Below, piece by piece: positions 10,499-22,771 of a stretch of 64,000 bases of DNA. The DNA comes from Zancudomyces culisetae HAW-14-8 (taxonomy: Eukaryota > Fungi > Kickxellomycota), in the NCBI GenBank assembly GCA_052426225.1, contig JBNJNM010000010.1, forward strand, positions 434,001 to 498,000, read 5' to 3'. Position numbers and translations under genes: made by a program. Positions within the stretch are counted from its first letter, which is position 1. The number at the start of each line of letters is the position of its first letter. The notes beneath the pieces are model-generated. The model saw only the letters and a list, made by a program, of their open reading frames with translations. It made no database searches and was not told the origin of the DNA.

Positions 10499-13207
10499 TA
10501 TTCATTCTGCATTTTCTTTTTAAATTTTACATACTAAACTAACTTGCATTACAACATATTTTATAGTTTATATTTTGATATTCATGTATAGATATATATT
10601 TTCATTTACCCTATTTTTTTTATAGATCCTTTAACTAGCGCTTAGACTTTCATTTTCTTTATTCACTATCGTAATCTATTCAACTTGTTCTCACACAATA
10701 ATCTAAACTGTATACCACCTAGCGATAATAAAAAAATGATTCATACAACCATTACGACTCTTTTCTTTTTACCCTTCGTTTGGGTGTTGAATTGTTGAAC
10801 CGTAAATCGCCTGTTTGCGGGAAGTACGTATTTGATGCTACTAAATCAAATATTTGGCCTTCTCCTCCAACTATGTCTGGTTTTAAATAATGAACGTAGC
10901 TTCTAAACCAAAAATAAAAGAGTTACCCTAAAATAAAAAACCCCCCGAGTTTATTGATTGAGGGGACAACGAGAAAGGTTGTGAGTTGAATTCACTAGCA
11001 TGAATTGTATCCAAACGCACACAGCAAGTGCCGCATCCACATTACCAAACAGGTCTTTTCAATCAAATGCTAGCTGTTAGTATTTTTGCGAATTATAAAA
11101 CTAAATAAATAATACAAGCCATTTGTTATAATTGTACTAACTCGTGTTTGCCACTCACAGGTATCTAAAGGGTATAGATTAAGGAGTTAAAGTTCGAAAG
11201 CAAAGTAGTACAAACATTCCGGCGATAGACGTAAAGTTAAAGATCAGTACCAGAGTAACCCTGTACTTTAACTACCAATATTCCATTACGAGAAGTCATT
11301 TACCAAATCTGCGCTCCATCACATCTTTGTTAACGTTTGTATATAAAAAAGTATGGAACATAATGCTTCGTAACTTAAAACCTGCATTTGTTTAGAAAAC
11401 TCGATAAAAGTTGATAGTTAGTAAAATGTACTACGTTACTTTAACACTAAATCTTAAACGATAGCATTCTTTTTTTTTGTTTAACAAAAAAAGTAGATGG
11501 TGTGAAGTGAAACATAAGTTTAAAAACTCTTGAATAGATGTTCCAACTAGGCATTTGCTCGCGCACTTTTTTTTATTGCGAGTTTATTATAATATAGTTA
11601 ATGTCTGCATTCCATTTGGGCTGATCCAATTGAAAATATGAGCATATTTTATCAAAAGTGTAGAACGTGTCAAAGAACAAGAGTTGGTGGTATTATGGAG
11701 ATATATTTGGTTTTTAAGTATCTAAAAAAAATAAACCAGGCAAAAAAACGCTTTTCTTATCTAAGCAATAGTTATATTCTCAAAAACTTCTTTTTTTTTG
11801 TTTAAAAGGTGTATTCATGCAAATACAAAAGCTGGCTTAAAATAATTAACAAAAATAAAAGTAAAGGTTCGGTATATTATAATGTTCATGGTATTAGAGT
11901 AAACCCTATTTTGTGTTTCAAGTTAAAAACTAGTTTTGTTGCACTTGGTATTACTAGCATTTTTTTTTTGAGGGAGGGGATGATAGGCTGGGTTTTACAA
12001 ACCAAACATCTAAAACACCTGTACCTTAATTTAAAAGTTAAGGATAGGCGGTTGTAGATTTGAACCCAGTTGGGATCGTGGGCCAGATGCTATTATCTGC
12101 AAATATTACGCCTGATAGTTTCGTTATTTTAAGAACGAACGAATGAGAATTAATCAGATTTAGTGGGAAAAGCACCTGATGCAATTAGCTGGTAAGTAAT
12201 ATACCTTATCTACCTGTAATCAGGATAATTACCTCATCTAAATATCTCGTTACTTAAGTACCAATAACTTGTAAATGTGGTAATTATATTTCAATAATTT
12301 CTAGAACGCTCCTCGATTTTGGCATTATGCTTCAATAAAGCCTAGATTGGTTTAATTTGGATTCTTATAATAAAAAGGGCACCACTGAGCTGAGAAAAAC
12401 TACTTTGGTTCTTTTATAATTGCAAGGTTATCGGGATAAAGGATGACATGAAATGTCATTTCATTTCATGCAGGCAAACATACATAGAATGGTGTAGAGA
12501 CAAGAATGGTCTATCTGGAGACCTCTGTAACTATGTGTATATGTTTATTGGCATGTACTGTTCTTTAATACCATAAGGTCTTTGCACTATTTCAGCTCAA
12601 GTCCTAATAAGCGATGATAAAATATGTGATTTAAGAATTTTTCTTGTGAGCATTTACAAAGGTAATGTTCACAATCAGCCCATAGAGTTATATTGAGAGC
12701 TTTTAGAAAAAGGCATTTCCCAAAAATAATTGATGTGCCAATCACTATCCAATTACATGTCGTAAATTTTGAATATGAAAATATAATGAAGAAATTTTAG
12801 TCATAAAGGAGAGAAACACAGATAATAGGACCTTCATAAAGCTCAGCAAAATGCAATTCACACAACAATTCACAAGACCTTAAAAGCCACATGCAAACAA
12901 CAAAAAAGCCAAGTCAAATTGTTTTTTTTTTCCATACGCAGCGATTTTGTAAAAAAAACCCTACAACACATTTTTTTTTGGTCGAGACTACAAGAAAGCA
13001 GAACATATATACTATGAACATTCAGGCGCAAGCAATTCATAAGCAATTCCACTGATAAAATAGCCGAAGAAAGTACATATTCCACTTGGTTTATCAATAT
13101 ACACATATTTTATATATCCAAGCTAGAACATTCTTTCATTAGAACCGCGCCCATAAAATAAAATAAGAATCAATAACTTGCAACATAACAAGACGTTCGA
13201 TTTCTAA

Positions 13208-14860
13208 ATGAGTACAGAGATTGGAATCCAAGCAATATTAAGGGGGATCAGGTCGATTCTCTCCTTGGTATACATGGCAGCTGCCGTAGTGTATATAGGC
13301 ACATTGCTAGTTGCAGTATCACCGCCGCTTTATAAATTTTCAAAAGATTTAAACAAAAAGTTTACAACCAAGGTTCAAGAATGGTTTATTGCAATGCTGA
13401 TCTTTTGCAGTATGGTCAGTGCACCATTCGATTTTATACTCACAGGAAATAAGAGTGTATTTGTAGACGAAGATAATAAAGATACAGATCCGAACAGTGT
13501 TAATATATTCTCAGAATCCGAATCCGCGATAATAATGGCTAACCATCAGGTTTACACCGATTGGATATACGTCTGGTAAGTACCATTTGCTTCTTTAATT
13601 TTATTTCTACTCATTTATATCTATAGAGTCAATGTAAATATATATATATATATACTGGAGGCTTGATAATATGTCGTTTAGGGCGGTTTCAAAGCTTCAG
13701 GGTTTAGATGGGAGAGTCAAAGTCTTTAGCAAGCACAGTGTTAAAAAAATTCCTTTTATAGGATGGTAAGTGATGGGGTTTCTATTTGTCTTGCTGTTTT
13801 TTCCCACTACTTTGAGTAAAAAACAGTTAGTGTGTGTATGGATGTACAAAAGCAATATTATACCATATGCTACTTTGTTCTAACACAAAAATATTCTGTA
13901 TATATTGATCACGAAAATGATAAAATAGGGTAAGTATACACTTTTTTTCTAACTATATTCATTGTGCTTCATTATCAGATTGATACATATTGAATTTCGA
14001 TAGCTATTACTCTCATTCTCTTAAAAATGTTGCATTATTTATTAACAAGTCGTCGGTTAAACCTGGTGTATTTTTAGGGAATGATCGTTCTTGAATTTAT
14101 ATTTTTAAAAAGAGACTGGGTGCAGGATCAACTTACAATCAAGCGGTACATGCAGAAGGTCAAAGAAGAGGGACATCCATTACTATTGCTTTTGTTTCCT
14201 GAAGGAACTACATTTGTAAAGGATAGACAGGTTAAATCGACTGCTATTGCGATCAAAGAAAATTTGGTAATGCACACGTTTCTAGATACATTCCACACTA
14301 ATCAACATTTACAAGCAATTTGCGGAGAGTAGTAAGACATTTAATATACTCAACTTATGCAAAATGTACTTGAATAGCCTGTACCGAAGCACCTTCTAGT
14401 TCCAAGAAGTAAAGGGTTATGGTTCATGCTACAAAACTCCAGAGGTATCGTAAAGTATGTGTATGACTTTACCATAGCGTACTCTGGCGTAAAAGAACAC
14501 GAATACGCGGAGCAAGTATATTCACTAAAGGACATATACCTTATGGGCAAGTATCCACATCAAATCCACATCCACATACGTAAGTTTGCCGTGGAAGATA
14601 TTCCTGAGGACGAAGGTGATTTTACCAGCTGGATCAGAGATAGATTTTACGAAAAGGACGAAATTTTGGATCATTTTTACAAAAACGGAAAACTTGTAGA
14701 CAACGAAAAGGATCCAGAGCTGCATTCTTGCATCAATCCATTTAAACTATCTACTCTTGCCCGCGAGCTTGTATTTTTAAACCTCACTGGCGTTATCTTT
14801 TTTTACCTGTTAAAAAAAGTAGTGCTTTTAATATTCAGATGCCTATTCACACTTTTTTAG
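13208..14860 (+). CDS. PlsC-family lysophospholipid acyltransferase (CST26/LCLAT1-like), 5 exons including a 1-nt exon
   Basis: Exons 13208-13575, 13682-13765, 13929, 14078-14266 and 14378-14860. Motifs NHQVYTDW (NHx4D), KKIPFIGWGMIVLEFIFLKRDW, LFPEGT, HLLVPRSKGL, YDFTIAY and F.EKD. Confidence 0.92.
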
Positions 14861-15032
14861 TGAGACATTTTAATCTTTTAAGCTGATACAACAATTCTAC
14901 ACCTATTTCTATACTGCTCGAGATCCCAGTATTTTTCTATGAAAAACCAACAACGTACATATAATTTTTATTGAGCATAGAGTACTAAATAATAGATGCT
15001 AAAGTAGCTATTTTTAACTATTAAAGCAATAA

Positions 15033-15584
15033 TCAGTGCCCAAGTTTATCGAAAACATGATAGATACTGTTTGTTTTGAATTCTTTTGGAGCTATCGCTT
15101 CGTCCTATGAGTTATGGTTATTATAGGGTTATAACTGCTGACAGTGTTTGAATATTAAACCAAGCAGGTTTATTTCTAGTAAACCGATTGATGCTTTAAA
15201 AATGTGTCTTTAAGAGTGGAAGGAAGTTCAAAAGTATAGACTTACAGATTGCTCCCGAAACACGCCAGTGAGTCTGAGATCCCTCTCCATCAACACTTTT
15301 TCCCAAGTATCTAGATTGTATCTCGGTGGCTATTTTTCATATTGTCGAGTTATCATTATTGTATTTTAATGACTAGTATTTTAAAAGGCACACGATTCAA
15401 AATATAGTGCATGAAGAAAACCCACCAAAAAAGATCTAGAATGTATATTTAAAGCCAAATAAAACAATGTACTTACCTTTCCGTTGTTTCTACGATGATG
15501 GACGAAATGGAAGCCGACGTTTGTAGCTGTGAACATTGCCACCATTAATCCCATAGGGATGATTGCTTCAAATGGAAGTGGCAT
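15033..15584 (-). CDS. NDUFA1: NADH:ubiquinone oxidoreductase subunit NDUFA1 (MWFE)
   Basis: Exons 15584-15477, 15329-15246 and 15104-15033 give MPLPFEAIIPMGLM...NNGKPPRYNLDTWEKVLMERDLRLTGVFREQSDEAIAPKEFKTNS..., the typical fungal MWFE sequence. Confidence 0.93.
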
Positions 15585-17587
15585 TTTTCTGTTTTTTTCC
15601 TTTAACAATTTAATTTGCAGAAATCATAGTATTAAAATAATTGCATATTTTGATAAGAGTACAATCAACAGAATTTGAAATGATAGTGCACTACAGTGTT
15701 TGTATAGGGTGAAAAATATTCTAACTACTTACTAGTTAAATCTTCGTGTGGATTAGTTTATTTCTTGTCCCTTGCAGCAAAAGAGTATTTCAAATTCTTG
15801 ACTTGCCTTAATTGCTGCTTCAGAATATCTTTCTGCTCGCTTGTATTATCTAAATAAAAAAATAGGTCGAGTTTTTTCTGTTTTTAATTAGTGGTTTCAA
15901 ATTTGAACTTTTAGAAAATATTTTTCTAGTGCAATTGTGCCTAATTTGCCACCAACTCTCTGCAATCTGGGTTCACAATATTTTCTTTTTTAATTTTTCT
16001 GCTTTGTTTATTTATATTTATTATTTATTTATTTTATTTTTTTTTGCAGATAATAACACACTTGCAATTCCACCAATTTCTAGGTCTAATTGAGATAATC
16101 GAAACAGTTGGCTCTAAACAAAAAGGAAAATAGTGCCTTAAAAATTTCATGCGCAAACTATCTGAAAAGATACTCTGGAATGCAGGAAGCACATGTATTA
16201 TAAGATGTGATGTAGATATATGTCCGTGTATCAAGAACCGTATCGTTCTTATGAACACAGTTTAGTTTTAGAAGGTTAATCAAATATCTCGGTGTGAAAA
16301 CACAAAAGCAGCACTGTTATAAATTCAGCTTTCTTTTGTAAGGGAGGAGGGAGGAGGGAGAGAACACATGTTTATTGTACGTTGCCTCTTTCTCTACAGA
16401 AAACATGAAAAAAAAGCATTATTGATACTCTAAATCTTTCTTTGTGTGTTTATATATATATAGTTGCAGGTATCAAAAGCAAAGATGCTATTAAAAAAGT
16501 GTTTATTCATTGCTTTCAACTTGAGTGCACTTTGTAAACCAATACCAAAGCTTTGAGCAAGTATAAAAAAGTTGTAAGATCCTTCACGTTTCAAAAAAGT
16601 CATCCAAGACGAAGTGCATTGAGGTGTAAACCAATTTTCTTCACGTTTTTTCAAAAACGCATTCTTAAATAGTCATATAAGATTAGATGTACAAAAAAAA
16701 AGAAAATGAGTTTTGTATACATTCAAATATCCTCTAACACTTTGGAGTTTCTTGGGTATGAGTAGTAGAGATGAAAAAAAAGGACACACTTCTCTTTGGT
16801 TTCAGAGTGTCATATCTTTTTTTTAATACATCATTTGTCCTTTACATTTTTTTCTTTCTGGTTTTCAAGATGATTAATGACAAACTAGGAAAAGGTACTT
16901 GGGATTATTCAATTTGCGTTGTAGCTTTTTGCGTTGAGCAATACAGCAATTGAATGATGTGCAAAAACTTATTGTTGTGGGGAGGTAACATTATTGGCAA
17001 GTAAAATGTAATTCAAACTGTGCGTATAAATTAGTCATCAACTCTAAGATATTTGTGGATTATAAGATCTTATTCAAATTTGGCTAGAGTGCAAAACAGC
17101 CTATTTCACATTTGGCAATTAAGCGTGCAAAAAAAAAAAAGTGCCTTTTGAAAAGGAGGAAGATGGAGATGAAAAGCTAACATTTTGATGGCATAGTTGG
17201 GGGAAATGTGGTGTTTTTTACGGAGCCGAGTTTTTATTTTCTTGCCAACGTGTTCAGTTTCTCGTAACCAGATTTATTTCTTTAAGCCAAAATTAAAAAA
17301 AATCTACAAAATGCGAGTGCTAATGAATCAATAAAAATTTTTTTTTTCCTGAGCAGTAAACAAAGAATAATTGGTAATCCAAAAAAACAATAGGTGAGTA
17401 TGGAGTGCAAAGGGATATTGTAATGCTGATATAAATAGCGCTTTTAAACTCATACTCGACCTTAGCAATTTCTGACCGTTTTTCCCTTTATCAATAGCAA
17501 AATTCATATCTTACAAATCAATTACGAAGGGATATAGTAAGAAAAAAACTCGTGATCGAAATAAACAGAACCAGAAAAGGAAGCAAA

Positions 17588-19312
17588 ATGACATTTGTAA
17601 GTAAATAAAACAATTCTACAAGGATAATGCGTAGATTTCGAGCCTAAGGTGTTGAAACAAGGGTAATAATGTAAAACTTTTTTTATACATCTAGTTAGAG
17701 CCAAGTCTGACACTAGAGAAAGCCAAGGAAGCAGTTAAAAACGGAGATGGAAACACGTTGCCGATATTTGTATCTATACCCTCAGATATGCTGACACCAG
17801 TTACAGCATATCTCAAGGTTTCAGAGAACTCGAAATACTCTTTCCTACTGGAATCTGTAACAGGAACAGGGGATGTATCCAGGTATTCTATGATAGGAAC
17901 AAGTAAGTTGCTTTGCTATTGTTTTTTTATTTTATATATTTTTTTTCAAATGACCTATATTTACTTTGTTGGACTTTGGAGAATTAAAGATTAATGAATT
18001 GGTATAAATAGATCCTCGAAAAATACTAAAGACAGGACCCGATCAGGAGGCTAAAGGCGATCCACTTTTGCACATAGAGAATGAATTGAAAAAAACAAAG
18101 TATATTAATGTCCAAGACTATAAGCTGTCCAGCATCACAGGTGGAGCATTTGGGTATATCGGTTATGATTGTGTACAGTATTTCGAACCCAAAACCGCGT
18201 GTGATTTGGAGGATAGTATGAATATTCCAGAAAGTATATTTATGTTCTGTGACGAGATCGTCCTGTTTGATAACCGCTATAAAATCGTGAAAGTTTATGG
18301 ACATTTAAGAATCCCAGAGGGATATAACAAAGATACAGACGAAAGTTTGTTGGAGCAACTATATAATGAATGTGTTGGCAGAATCTACAAGATAACTGCA
18401 ACATTGAATTCGGACAGAATTCCAACTCCACGTCAAGACAAAATACAACTAGGTGGAGAATATAAATCAAACACAGGAAGGGAGGGGTATAAATCCATGG
18501 TACAGAAGCTGAAGGAACATATAGTTAAGGGTGATATATACCAAAGTGTTCCATCACAGCGGATCACAAGAGCATCCAATCTACATCCATTCAACATTTA
18601 CAGGTACTTGAGAACGGTAAATCCATCACCATACATGTTTTATTACGACTTTGAGGATTTCCAGGTGGTTGGAGCATCACCAGAGCTTCTCGCACGAGTT
18701 AATCGTCGTAGGGTGGATAACCACCCGATAGCAGGAACCCGAAAGAGGGGCAGCGACGCGGAAGAGGACGAAAAGCTGGCTGCAGAGCTAATATCCGACG
18801 AAAAGGAGAGGGCAGAACACGTGATGCTAGTTGATCTGTCTCGCAACGATTTGAACAGAGTATGCAAACCAAACTCTATGAGTATAGACAAGGAGATGGA
18901 GGTTGAGTACTTTTCACACGTGATGCATATAGTGAGCAATGTTTCAGGTGAATTGAGAGATGACAAGACCTGTTTTGATGCCATAAGGTCTGTTTTGCCA
19001 GCAGGAACCCTGTCGGGATCACCAAAAGTCAGGGCTGTCCAGCTTATATACGAGTGCGAAAAGGAGAAGCGAGGAATATATGGGGGTGCTGTTGGGCATT
19101 TCCAGTATAATGGAAATATGGATACATGTATAGCTATTAGAACAATGGTGGTTAAGAACAACATGGTTTATTTGCAATCAGGAGCAGGTGTGGTGTATGA
19201 TTCTGATCCTGAGGCTGAATGGCAGGAGACATTAAATAAAGCCATGTCCAATTTGTATACTTTATCGAGTGCTGAGGAATACTACAAGAAACTTGAGGGA
19301 CAGCGTCAATAG
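17588..19312 (+). CDS. TRP2: Anthranilate synthase component I
   Basis: Exons 17588-17596, 17695-17902 and 18012-19312. Motifs LTPVTAYLK, SFLLES, NPSPYMFY, GASPE, PIAGT, KERAEHVMLVDL, PAGTLSGSPK and RGIYGG. Probable 5'-UTR intron 17394-17497. Confidence 0.97.
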
Positions 19313-19741
19313 GAGTGGTGTTTTTCTATTTCATTTTATTTCGTTATATTTCATTTCATTGATTTATTTTATTTTACTTTATTTTATTCTATATATCAGT
19401 TTGAATTGTTCTTTTATGAGGTGATAAACTTTTTCTTTTTTTTCAAGTGCAGATGATTTAAAAGTCAATAAATGCGTAAAAAGGTTGTTTAAAAATATAT
19501 GGTAAATTGGACTGTTGAAATTGATTGGGTTTAGGCTTTTAGCAAACTAGAGTTATTCTATATTTATATTTGAAATACATTATATTTTTGCTTCTTACAC
19601 AAAAAGTACAAACAATTTTCAGGTCTAGGGAAATAAACGAATATATAAAGGTGTGAGGAGCAAGAAAAAATGAGTCTATTTTAAAAATCGAAAATTCAAG
19701 CAAGCAGATAAGGATACAGCGCAGAAGAATAGAATTGAGAA

Positions 19742-22562
19742 ATGCAACAAACTTCAATCAAGGACAAGAAAAAGGTGGCGAAGAGCTGGACAGACCCGCT
19801 GGATGACCCGAATTTTGATGCAGGGCAGTATATCGATGGGTTTTTTCCAACTGAGCCAACTTCAGAGAGTGTCAGTGTAGTAAGAGAAAGTTTAAAGCAG
19901 AAGCAGAAGCAGGTGGAGCGCGATATAGAGGTGTTATTGCTAGATAAAGAGGGTAGGGATATTCAAGAGGTGAAAAGACTGGAGCAAATGGGAACGGAAA
20001 TTACTGTAAGTGTGTTTTGCTCTTTTTTAATTTGTGAATTGTAGAATATAGGCCTTTACATAAATACAGCTGTGATAATAATAATAATAATTTTAATAAC
20101 TATGACTTTTAGGAATTGTATAAGCGGATAACCACAGTGAGTGAAAAAGTTAGAGATGCTGAAGAGGCGGTCAAGGTAATTACAGCAGATATAAAAACGT
20201 TAGATTTGGGTAAAAAGAATTTGATTCAAACAATGATTGTCTTTCGCAGATTGGATATGTTGGGTATGTAAATAATCAGCTAAATATAAAAGTGCATATT
20301 TGTAGTATGTTTGTTTGTTTAGTTTGTATATATTGATAATTTGTACCGGTAAGAAAACAGAAAATAACATGTATTTCAATGTGTTTAGTGGGGGCAGTAG
20401 ATAATTTGGTAACGGCAGTAAATACAAAAAAGTATAAGGAGTCTGCAGGGTTATTCGAGGTAAGATGCTTTTGTAGAATTGAAGTGATAGGTATAGATTG
20501 CAGCTTCAATTGTTGAGGAAACATGGACAGAGTTTCTGCTTAATATTGTATAGTTATTTTTTACTTGGGTTGTAGCTAATAGAAAATGTGGGATTTTGGA
20601 ACAAAAAAATAGGCGGTAAAGCAAATATTGGAGAGTTTCAAGGGGTATAGCAAAACAAATAAAAAGTTGGCAAGAGTAAGGGATAAGTACAATCGGATAG
20701 AATTTGAGGCGGGGCAGATGGTTATAACAGAGATAGAGCAAGGGTTCAATAACCTTGGTAATTTGGTGGGCGATCGAATTGTAATGAAAGAGGCCAGTGT
20801 GTTGGCGGACGGATTAGGGTGCAAGGACAGGATAATAGATGTATATTTAGAGAGGCAGATCAAAGGGTATAGAGATATTTTTCAGGACGGAGACGATATC
20901 TCGCAGTTGGAAAATGTGGCAAGACGGTATGCGTGGCTTGTAAGAATATTAAGAGTAATTACAGAGGAGCATGACAGGAGAATATTTCCAAAGGATTGGC
21001 AAATGGGTCGTAGGTTTTGCATCAAGTTCTGTGAAGTAACAAAAAGAATGATAGTGGAACAGTTGAGGAATACAGAGCCACTAAATGTAGAAGTGATGTT
21101 GGCAGCACTTAAAGAGACAATGGGATTTGAGGCACAGCTAGACAGGCGATTCGAATCGAAGGTGGCATCCGACAAGAAACCAGGGAGTGACGAAATGCCG
21201 GGGTTTTCGGGGCAGATAACGGGGGCATTCGAGCCGTATCTGATGCATTATGTACGATATGAAGACAAGTCATTAGAAGGGCAGATAGCCAAGTATAGGA
21301 CAGAGCGGGATAAGCTGAACGAGGCAAACAGGATTTTAGAATCTAGCATCAACCTAATCAACCAGTTTAAAGAGACACTGGATAAGTGTGTGGCGTTGAC
21401 AAGAGGGAAAATTCTTGTGGAGTTGGCAAAGGTGTTTGACGAAAAGATGTGTAAATACGCCAAAACAGTACTGGCAACTGATGGACGACCGAATGCTTTG
21501 AGTAGCTACGAGCACAAGTGTGTTATAGTCAACACAGCGGATTATTGTAGCACTACGGTGAAGCAAATGGAGCAAGTGATCAAAAGCAAAGTCGAGACTC
21601 CAGAAGAGTATGCGGAGAAAATCAACTTTGAGGGTAGCTACTCAGAGTTGTTACGAGCAGCTAGTAGTGCAGTTGGTGCTTTGGTATCACAGAGCATGGC
21701 GGCAGTCGAAACTGGGTTTGAACGGAAAATCAAGATTGCATGGTCGACGCTGCGTAGTGTAGGCGACCAGTCTGGATATGTGTTGACTATTCGTGAAAAG
21801 TTTGCAGAGGCAGTTAGTGTGATCCGACCACAAATTAACAACATTAAATATTACAAAGTGTTTTGTGATAGAATTCTCAGAGAGTTTGGGATTAGGTATA
21901 CTAACGTAATTAAAAGCATAAGGTTAATAAACGAAGTGGGAGCCGAACAAATGTTGTTGAATCACCAGCATATCCAGCAAACTATTTTGGGATTACCATT
22001 TCTAGCGTTTGACAACAACAACAATATTGTTATTCTCCCCAGCTATAATTCAAACAGCAATATTGTTATACTCAATACTGGAACAAATGTAACAGGGATG
22101 GATGGTGGTTCGGATAGAGAGGGCAAAAATGAATTTGGGCTTTATAAAAAGCTGGCCACTAAAAAAATGAATGAGGTTTATAATCTGATCAAGGTATTAA
22201 TGGCGCCAAAACTGCCACAGGAAAATCTGGTATATCAGTTTTTGTTGCTGTTTCCCAATGGACCTACCAGTTTGCTGACCACAGTGCTGGAGATGAAAGG
22301 TGTTCGGTCCAGAGTTGAGCAAAAGGTTTATATGGATATTCTGAATGATAATGTCAAGTTTGAGAACAAGAACCATTTTGTGGTTTCCAATGGGATGTTT
22401 GCAAGTAAAAATGATAAGGGAGCCAGAAATGTTACTAGCAATACTGTTAGCAACACCGAAAATGTTGACAGTGGTGATGTTGGTGGTGGTGGCAATACTG
22501 AGAGTAATGATTCACCACAGATTGGTGCTGCAGTTAAAAAGTCTAATAATCCCTTTATTTAG
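19742..22562 (+). CDS. VPS53: GARP complex subunit Vps53
   Basis: Exons 19742-20005, 20113-20263, 20389-20459 and 20613-22562. Motifs DPLDDPNFDA..YI..FFP, ITADIKTLDLGKKNL, RRYAWL, IFPKDW, IVNTADYC, VGDQSGYV and GAEQMLL. Confidence 0.93.
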
Positions 22563-22771
22563 TCGTATAATTTATTAACATTGATTATTTATAGGGGTGA
22601 AAAATCTTTAAACAATAAGAATTGGTTGTTGATAATGATAGATATCAACAACAAAATAAAACAAAAAACAGAAAGAAAGAAAGAAAGAAAAAGAAAGAAA
22701 AAAAGACATCAAGTTAAAAAGTGGGAGATTTGGAAAAAACCCTTATTATACTCTTTGTGATCTAAAAGTTT

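Noticed and set aside
11254-11263. TAACCCT as a possible telomerase RNA template
   Set aside because: Only 7 nt, short of a 1.5-repeat template, and the organism's telomere repeat is unknown.
12045-12115. tRNA-like GGTTCAAATC (B-box) on the minus strand
   Set aside because: The T-stem and acceptor stem do not pair, so there is no cloverleaf.
17031-17330. Gcn4/CpcA-like sites (TTAGTCA, TGAATCA) upstream of TRP2
   Set aside because: One-mismatch 7-mers are expected by chance in AT-rich DNA.
18643-19164. Long antisense ORFs over TRP2, ENP1, POP1, BUD6, RCC1 and MSS51
   Set aside because: Shadow ORFs produced by codon bias of the real genes; low complexity and no motifs.
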